Shown here in pieces: positions 26,379 to 32,000 of a stretch of 32,000 nt of DNA. The notes under the pieces were generated by a model that was given only the letters and a program-made list of their open reading frames with translations, searched no databases and was not told the origin of the DNA. How positions within the stretch are numbered: position 1 is the stretch's first letter; every line of letters starts with the position of its first letter. The position numbers and the translations under genes are program-made. The DNA comes from Candidatus Scalindua sp. (GTDB lineage Bacteria; Planctomycetota; Brocadiia; Brocadiales; Scalinduaceae), in the NCBI GenBank assembly GCA_031316235.1, contig JALDRA010000001.1, positions 2,700,001-2,732,000 on the forward strand, read 5' to 3'.

Positions 26379-26639
26379 CGATGAAGGGTACGTTTGTTTT
26401 AACGGTACCGTATCATAATAATGTGCAAAGATGTTCAAGAGGTTAAGCCTTTAAAGAGAGTGTTTCCTGCTTTTTTTAATTTGAATTTGTGTCACGGAGA
26501 GGGTTTTCAGCCTCCTGCGTAAGCTTTTTGGTTCGGGCCGGGTTGGGTTGTCTATTTTTTACGGACCGGTTTTTTTGCGTATGATTCCCAGTATTGAGGG
26601 TTCTGGAGATTTTTCTGCCAATTAACCTGTCGGTGTTAT

Positions 26640-26714
26640 ACCAAATCCTGGTGAAGGTATACTCGCTCAATTTTATCTCGGATTTTATCCAAAATCCAGT
26701 ATGAGATGAGTATA
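26640..26714. repeat. Copy 2 of the ~75-nt direct repeat, in the leader of the mlaC-like/RND genes
   Basis: accaaatcctggtgaaggTATACTCgctcaattttATCTCggattttatccaaaatccagtatGAGATGAGTATA. It has the same orientation as copy 1 and ends 223 nt before the ATG at 26937. Confidence 0.8.
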
Positions 26715-26746
26715 TCTGCCCGGAGGATGGGTAAATGATCATTTGC

Positions 26747-26775
26747 TTGACACATAATTGCCTTTTGTCTATTAT
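26747..26775 (+). promoter_or_regulatory. Candidate sigma-70 promoter for the mlaC-like/RND genes
   Basis: TTGACA (26747-26752), a 17-nt spacer, then TATTAT (26770-26775). It lies 33 nt downstream of repeat copy 2. Confidence 0.45.
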
Positions 26776-26936
26776 GGAAAGTTTGTCTGGTGCTTCATGA
26801 AATGATGAATTTTATATTATCTTTAAAATTGTGTGGAGATGAAATGAGCAAGAAAGTTACGTTTGTTCCAATTTCCATTATCAGATACGTTTAGTTACAT
26901 TCACGAAATCTTAGAAAGAGGACTGAGGTGTAAGAT

Positions 26937-27527
26937 ATGAAAAAAATTTTCTATGTACTGCTTTTTCTTTTATTATCTCACGTAGTAACTGCAGATGTTC
27001 AGTCTGAAGCTGAAAAAGTATTGAAAGCGTCTGTTAATGAAGTCTTTACGATATTGTCTGATGAAGGGCTGACGTTAGAACAGAAGAAAGAGAAAGTTAT
27101 TACGATTATTACTAAGGTTTTTAATTTGCCATTAATGGCAAAATTATCCGTGGGGAAAAAGTACTGGTCAAAGTTCCACCCTGAACAGAAGACTGAGTTT
27201 ATAAATCTCTTTATCAAAGATTTTCAAGATTTTTATGTTGATAAGATAAATCTTTTCAGTGATGAAAAAATTGAATTTCTCCCACCGATTTTTATGGATA
27301 AAAAGAAAGTGAAGATACCGACATTATTGCACTCCAAGGATAAGAAGTTTTCGATTTTATACATGATGTTCAAGTCCCGGGATGGGTGGAAGATATATGA
27401 TGTCTCCATTGAAGGTGTGAGTATACTTCATACAGGCCGGCAACAGTTTCAAAATATCCTTGCCGGCGGCAAAGTTGAAGATCTGCTCACAAAAATGAGA
27501 GAAAAAATGAAAAATGAAAATTCATGA
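26937..27527 (+). CDS. MlaC/Ttg2D-family periplasmic lipid-binding protein (HpnM-like)
   Basis: Signal peptide MKKIFYVLLFLLLSHVVTA. Family pattern ...FNLPLMAKLSVGKKYWSKF...QKTEFINLF...GWKIYDVSIEGVSILHTGRQQF. Length is 196 aa. Confidence 0.75.
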   Translation: MKKIFYVLLFLLLSHVVTADVQSEAEKVLKASVNEVFTILSDEGLTLEQKKEKVITIITKVFNLPLMAKLSVGKKYWSKFHPEQKTEFINLFIKDFQDFYVDKINLFSDEKIEFLPPIFMDKKKVKIPTLLHSKDKKFSILYMMFKSRDGWKIYDVSIEGVSILHTGRQQFQNILAGGKVEDLLTKMREKMKNENS

Positions 27528-27591
27528 CACTCATCTTCTTTTCTAGTCGTTTGTTCTTCTTGCAGCTCTTTATTTTATGTAATCAGTTCTT

Positions 27592-30090
27592 ATGAATATT
27601 TATTCCAGGTTTATTTTAAGCAGACCAATCCTTGTCATTCTCGCGTTGCTCGGATTATTCACGTATCTTGGTTTTCATCTTAAGGATTTCAGGCTTGATG
27701 CTTCTGCAGATTCTCTGATACTTGAGAATGACAGAGATTTTCAGTATTTTCTTAAAACAAACAAGACGTACGGTGCAAGTACTTACCTGTTTGTCACATA
27801 TAAACCTGCGGGAGATATTTTTTCCCATGAGACGCTGAAAAATCTTGCTTCATTGCGGGATGAATTGAAGGCAATGAAGCGAGTTGTCTCTGTTTTTACC
27901 ATCCTCGACGTTCCTCTCCTGAGTAATCCGCCAGTACCGATCAAGGAGTTGTTGGGTAATATCAAAAATCTGGAAGATCCTGCTGTTGATTTTGAACTTG
28001 CACGGAGTGAGTTAAGTAATAGCCCGATTTATCAGGAGCTGCTGATAAGTTCTGATTTGAAGATGACTATGCTTGTTGTCAATTTTGCTGAAGACGAGGA
28101 GTATGACAGGCTCATCCTGAGACGGGGTGAGTTGCTGAAGAAAAAGAAAGATAAAACCATTACGCCTGCTCAAGCAGCTGAACTGGAAGAGATTACCATA
28201 AAGTATAGAGAATGTAAAATTCGACTCGACAGGGAGAGACACAGCGATATTGCTGCTATTCGTGAAATAAAGGAGAGATATGGAGATGATGGGGAACTGT
28301 TTCTCGGCGGCGTATCAATGATTGCTGATGATATGACCACGTTTATCAGAAATGATATCAAAATCTTTGGGATCGGTATTTTCATCTTTCTGATTGTTAC
28401 CCTCGGTGTGATTTTTAGAAAAATTCGGTGGGTTGTTTTGCCGATTCTCTGTTGTGCGCTCTCGGTGCTTGCAATGATAGGATTGCTCGGCATGTTTGGG
28501 TGGGAGGTCACCGTAATATCTTCAAACTTTATCTCTCTCCAGCTTATTATCACCATGGCTTTGACTATTCACCTGATTGTTCGATACCAGGAACTGTCGG
28601 TGGAGAATCCTGATTGGACTGAGCAGCAGCTTGTAAAGGAAACGGTATTTTCAAAATTTGTTCCCTGCCTGTACACAACTTTAACAACAATTGCAGGTTT
28701 CAGCTCTTTGCTGGTGTGTGATATTCTGCCTATCATTACCTTTGGTTGGATGATGAGCGTTGGACTTATTGTATCTCTTATCATTACATTTTTACTCTTC
28801 CCCGCTGCACTTTATCTATTACCCAAAGGTAAATCAAGAGAGGATCGACAGTTTGGCAGGCCAATCACACAGTTTCTGGCGAAGGTAACAGAGCATAATC
28901 CAAAGACAGTGTTTGTTTTAAGTGGTGTTCTGGCGGCCGTGATTGTCGTTGGTGCTTTAAGGCTCACCGTTGAAAACAGTTTTATCGATTATTTCAGAGA
29001 TTCAACGGAGATATATCAGGGGATGAAGGTTATTGATCAGGATATGGGAGGGACAACACCTCTTGATATTCTAGTGAATTTTGAGAAGGAGAACGATCCA
29101 CCTTTGCCTCAAGAAACTGTTTCAGCCTCTGGAGCAGATATTTCTGATGATTTTAGTGAGTTTGATGAGTTTGATGATTTTGGTGAGTTTGACGAGGAGG
29201 ACTCTGATAAGTATTGGTTTACCGCTGATAAGATGGCATTGATTACAAAAGTCCATAATTATCTGGAGAGTTTGCCGGAAATTGGAAAGGTGTTGTCCCT
29301 TGGAACAATGATGAAGGTTGCGGAGGTCTTTACTGAAGGCAAGCCCCTTGATAATTTTCAGCTGGCGCTTCTTTATACTCAGTTACCTGATAAATTCAAG
29401 AGTATGATCCTTACGCCATATGTTTCTGTTGCGGATAACCAGGCCCGTTTAACGGTGCGCATAAAGGATTCTCTGGAGGGTCTCAAGCGGGACAGTTTGC
29501 TCAAAAAGATCAGGTTCGATTTGGAGAATAAACTTGGTTTAAAAAGGGACCAGTTTCGATTGTCAGGTATAATGGTTCTCTATAATAATATGCTGCAGAG
29601 TCTTTTCAGTTCTCAGATATTAACCATCGGCTTTGTTGTGATTGCATTAACGGTTATGTTCATGGTGTTGTTTCGTTCTATCAAGATATCTCTGATTGCA
29701 ATAATTCCCAACATACTTTCCTCTGTTTCTGTACTTGGTGTAATGGGGCTGATCGGCCTGCCACTGGATATGATGACGATCACTATAGCGGCTATAAGTA
29801 TCGGTATTGCAGTTGATGATACCATTCATTATATTCATAGATTCAAAGAAGAATATGAAATTGATCACGATTATATCAGCACGATGCACCGATGCCATGG
29901 AAGCATAGGAAATGCCATGTATTATACCTCGCTTACAATTATAGCAGGCTTTTCTATTCTGGTTTTCTCAAACTTTGTCCCCACAGTCCTTTTTGGTCTC
30001 CTCACCAGTCTTGCAATGCTGATTGCACTTATAACAGCACTGACACTTCTTCCGCGACTGATAATCTTGCTGAAACCGTTCGGGAAATAA
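27592..30090 (+). CDS. RND-superfamily exporter of the MMPL/HpnN type (two 6-TM bundles)
   Basis: 832 aa with two hydrophobic blocks (about aa 255-410 and 680-825), each preceded by a large soluble loop. MMPL-like blocks are present (ISSNFISLQLIITMALTIHLIVRY; AISIGIAVDDTIHYIHRFKEE). It follows an MlaC/HpnM-like gene, as in the hpnM-hpnN arrangement. Confidence 0.85.
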   Translation: MNIYSRFILSRPILVILALLGLFTYLGFHLKDFRLDASADSLILENDRDFQYFLKTNKTYGASTYLFVTYKPAGDIFSHETLKNLASLRDELKAMKRVVSVFTILDVPLLSNPPVPIKELLGNIKNLEDPAVDFELARSELSNSPIYQELLISSDLKMTMLVVNFAEDEEYDRLILRRGELLKKKKDKTITPAQAAELEEITIKYRECKIRLDRERHSDIAAIREIKERYGDDGELFLGGVSMIADDMTTFIRNDIKIFGIGIFIFLIVTLGVIFRKIRWVVLPILCCALSVLAMIGLLGMFGWEVTVISSNFISLQLIITMALTIHLIVRYQELSVENPDWTEQQLVKETVFSKFVPCLYTTLTTIAGFSSLLVCDILPIITFGWMMSVGLIVSLIITFLLFPAALYLLPKGKSREDRQFGRPITQFLAKVTEHNPKTVFVLSGVLAAVIVVGALRLTVENSFIDYFRDSTEIYQGMKVIDQDMGGTTPLDILVNFEKENDPPLPQETVSASGADISDDFSEFDEFDDFGEFDEEDSDKYWFTADKMALITKVHNYLESLPEIGKVLSLGTMMKVAEVFTEGKPLDNFQLALLYTQLPDKFKSMILTPYVSVADNQARLTVRIKDSLEGLKRDSLLKKIRFDLENKLGLKRDQFRLSGIMVLYNNMLQSLFSSQILTIGFVVIALTVMFMVLFRSIKISLIAIIPNILSSVSVLGVMGLIGLPLDMMTITIAAISIGIAVDDTIHYIHRFKEEYEIDHDYISTMHRCHGSIGNAMYYTSLTIIAGFSILVFSNFVPTVLFGLLTSLAMLIALITALTLLPRLIILLKPFGK

Positions 30091-30199
30091 AAATAGCTCT
30101 CCTTGAAACCTCAGACAGCCCTTGGCAGTTTCATATCGAATAAACTGATCCACTGCTGGTTCATCATGAAGGGAGTTTGTGTCGGTCTTTAACGGATGC

Positions 30200-31237
30200 T
30201 CACCCTCCTTGTCCTGTTATTCGGTGTTTTGATTCTGCGGTAGTATTATTTTTTTCTCTTTTAAATATTATATACAGATATAAGGTAGTTACGGCAAAGA
30301 TTACGAGTGTGAAAATTATGAGTCTTCTTTCAATAGTGTTGATGGAGCGTAAAGCCTCCTTTTCATCAATCTCAGCCAGAAGTACCCAATTTACAAACTT
30401 CAGATTAAGCGGTGTGTAGGCGCTGAGTACCACTACTCCGCGATAGTCCGCAGTAATCATTGTACCCGTATTTCCTTCAAATGCATCCTGTGCAGCTTCT
30501 GTATCTACCTCTTGTTGCAGGATTGTCGGTTCTTCAGAAAACCGTGAATTTGATCTCATAAACTCGTCTTCACCTACTAAATACATTTCTCCAGTCTCTC
30601 CCAAACCCGCCCTGTGGGTTAACATGGCATCAAGATGAGAGAAAGGTATTTCTATTACCAAGACACCTGATAACGACTGGCTGTCATAGACGGGTGCGGA
30701 AAAATAGGAGCGAAATTCTCCCCTTGTGTTGTTCCAGGTGTAATCCTCAAAGGCTGCCTCCTCAAGACCGTTTCTGAATACCTGAGCAAAACTAAAGTCC
30801 TGGTATTTTCCTGTAAGCACATTAGTCCCGGTAAAATTTTCTCTCGTTACTGAAAATATTACGTCTCCATCTCTATTTACCAGAAAAATGTTTATATATC
30901 CATGACTCTTGACGTAATGCTCCATTAACGATTGGTATCTGTTTAGGGTTTTATTATACTGGGAACTGTTGATGCCGAAGGTGTAGAAGCTCTCAGATAG
31001 TTGAACAAGGGCTTGTTTTATTATTGGGTTTTTTGCAAGGATATCAACATCACCAAATCTTTCACGGAAATAACCTATAATCTGATGCTTTAAGAGTTCT
31101 CTTGCTGTAATGAGATGGTTAAAAGCTTCATCTTTTATTGCAGACTTGAAGGCTTTGTAACTGAAAAGGGGGAAAAACAGCAAAAAAACAAAAAAAGCTA
31201 CAGCGTATGAGAGAGATATTTTTTTTATTGGCTTCAT
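30200..31237 (-). CDS. Membrane-bound double-Cache-type extracytoplasmic sensor protein that ends right after TM2, with no output domain
   Basis: TM1 is SLSYAVAFFVFLLFFPLF. Cache-like blocks include YINIFLVNRDGDVIFS, GLGETGEMYLVGEDEFMRSNSRF, ADYRGVVVLSAYTPL and WVLLAEIDEKEA. TM2 is IIFTLVIFAVTTLYLYIIF, with about 20 aa after it before the stop. I prefer ATG at 31237; the track's TTG at 31261 is an alternative. Confidence 0.7.
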   Translation of the reverse strand: MKPIKKISLSYAVAFFVFLLFFPLFSYKAFKSAIKDEAFNHLITARELLKHQIIGYFRERFGDVDILAKNPIIKQALVQLSESFYTFGINSSQYNKTLNRYQSLMEHYVKSHGYINIFLVNRDGDVIFSVTRENFTGTNVLTGKYQDFSFAQVFRNGLEEAAFEDYTWNNTRGEFRSYFSAPVYDSQSLSGVLVIEIPFSHLDAMLTHRAGLGETGEMYLVGEDEFMRSNSRFSEEPTILQQEVDTEAAQDAFEGNTGTMITADYRGVVVLSAYTPLNLKFVNWVLLAEIDEKEALRSINTIERRLIIFTLVIFAVTTLYLYIIFKREKNNTTAESKHRITGQGG

Positions 31238-31330
31238 TATAATTTTTTTAATTAAGCTCAACTACTGATTAAATAGTATGTTACGAAGCAGAACCAACAC
31301 ACATTGGCGATCTGAGGGAATGAGTTTGTA

Positions 31331-32000
31331 TTACATCTTCTCAGCTGCTTTGAGGCCAAGTATAGAGAGTCCATTTTTTATGACTACTCTTGCTGCTTCC
31401 AGTAAAAGTATCCTGGCCTTTCTTAATTCGTTGTCGTCTGTGAGAATCCTGTGATGTTGATAATATCGGTTAAATGTGCTGCAAAGATCGAGGAGATGGT
31501 TACTGAGGAGGGAAGGTTCATAATTTTCTGCTGCCCGTAAAAGTACAAGAGGGAAGTCTGCAAGTAGTTTGATTAATACGAGCTCATCGTCTTCTTTGAG
31601 CAGATCGTAGTGCACGCTGGTAGTGATGTTTTCCCCGTACTTCCTTAATATACTGCACATGCGTGCATGGGTGTATTGAACATACGGACCTGTTTCTCCA
31701 TCAAAATTAAGAATTACGTCCCAGTCAAATAAAACGTCTTTAACCCTTTTTGTACATAGTTCAGAAAATAGTATGGCCCCAATACCAACGCTTTCCGCTA
31801 CTTCCTCTCTATTTTCCAGGCCAGGATTTTTTTCTTCTATTATCTCGTCTGCAATTTTACAGGATTCTTCGAGTAAATCTTCCAGGAGAATGACCTTGCC
31901 TTCTCTCGTAGACATTTTGCCTTGTTTGAACTTAATCAGTCCGAAATCGACGTGTGCACAGTTATGAACCCACTCGTATCCCATATCTTCTAAGACCTTG
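31331..32000 (-). CDS. argS: Arginine--tRNA ligase, C-terminal part (N-terminus lies beyond the window end)
   Basis: Motif GKMSTREGKVILLEDLL, and a DALR anticodon-binding domain ending ...LGLKAAEKM, with the terminal Met typical of ArgS. The frame stays open to nt 32000. Confidence 0.9.
   Translation of the reverse strand, partial: KVLEDMGYEWVHNCAHVDFGLIKFKQGKMSTREGKVILLEDLLEESCKIADEIIEEKNPGLENREEVAESVGIGAILFSELCTKRVKDVLFDWDVILNFDGETGPYVQYTHARMCSILRKYGENITTSVHYDLLKEDDELVLIKLLADFPLVLLRAAENYEPSLLSNHLLDLCSTFNRYYQHHRILTDDNELRKARILLLEAARVVIKNGLSILGLKAAEKM

Noticed and set aside
24048-26714. Reading the pta-flanking repeats as an integron cassette, composite transposon or DGR TR/VR pair
   Set aside because: There are no attC-type RYYYAAC/GTTRRRY cores. 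The window has no integrase, transposase or reverse transcriptase. The repeats are non-coding, and their differences are not adenine-specific.
26476-26742. Minus-strand 88-aa ORF downstream of pta
   Set aside because: It runs through repeat copy 2 and the candidate promoter. The peptide is Asn/Thr/Arg-rich with no motif, and there is no partner gene on that strand.
1-32000. CRISPR arrays, tRNA/rRNA genes, IS elements, prophage genes and known defence systems
   Set aside because: I saw no regularly spaced short repeats, no T-loop (GGTTCGAAT-like) or cloverleaf candidates in the intergenic regions, no transposase, integrase or RT-like ORFs, and no nuclease/ATPase pairs typical of defence islands. 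Visual scanning can miss degenerate elements.

Overview
This is a 32-kb chromosomal window of mostly housekeeping and respiratory genes, arranged in four strand blocks: + 1-11470, - 11787-19567, + 19719-30090, - 30200-32000. I support 25 protein-coding genes and one RNA gene.

Genes in order:
- 3' end of a NuoF-family flavoprotein gene, translationally coupled to a MobB-like P-loop gene
- recJ
- A24 prepilin peptidase
- OmpA-domain protein
- hisH
- A membrane-anchored hexaheme cytochrome c, followed by an octaheme hydroxylamine-oxidoreductase (HAO)-like protein and a beta-barrel outer-membrane protein
- Convergent OFA-type MFS transporter
- A type-A RNase P RNA (rnpB), which the ORF track covers with two spurious ORFs
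- COG1579 zinc-ribbon protein, rpoD, dnaG, alr
- A small membrane protein
- mqnA and an mqnC-like gene (futalosine menaquinone pathway)
- MlaA/VacJ-like protein, long-form pta, MlaC/Ttg2D-like protein, and an HpnN/MMPL-type RND exporter
- A Cache sensor with no output domain
- 3' end of argS

The gene content (HAO-like paralogue, futalosine pathway, HpnN-like exporter) fits an anammox planctomycete (Brocadiales). That is inference only, because no search was run.

I see no CRISPR array, rRNA, tRNA, transposase, integrase or recognisable defence system.

Unexplained observations:
- A ~75-nt direct repeat sits in the leaders on both sides of pta.
- A set of nested, mutually exclusive hairpins lies just upstream of the first repeat copy.
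- A ~125-nt element upstream of recJ is closed by a 19-bp stem.
- Three unusually large ORF-poor gaps surround mlaA and pta.
- A Mla-like/RND lipid-trafficking gene set has no MlaFEDB genes in the window.
- The Cache sensor has no output domain.
- The function of the HAO paralogue and its hexaheme partner is open.

Start codons are judged by eye, and all family assignments rest on motifs read from the translations.
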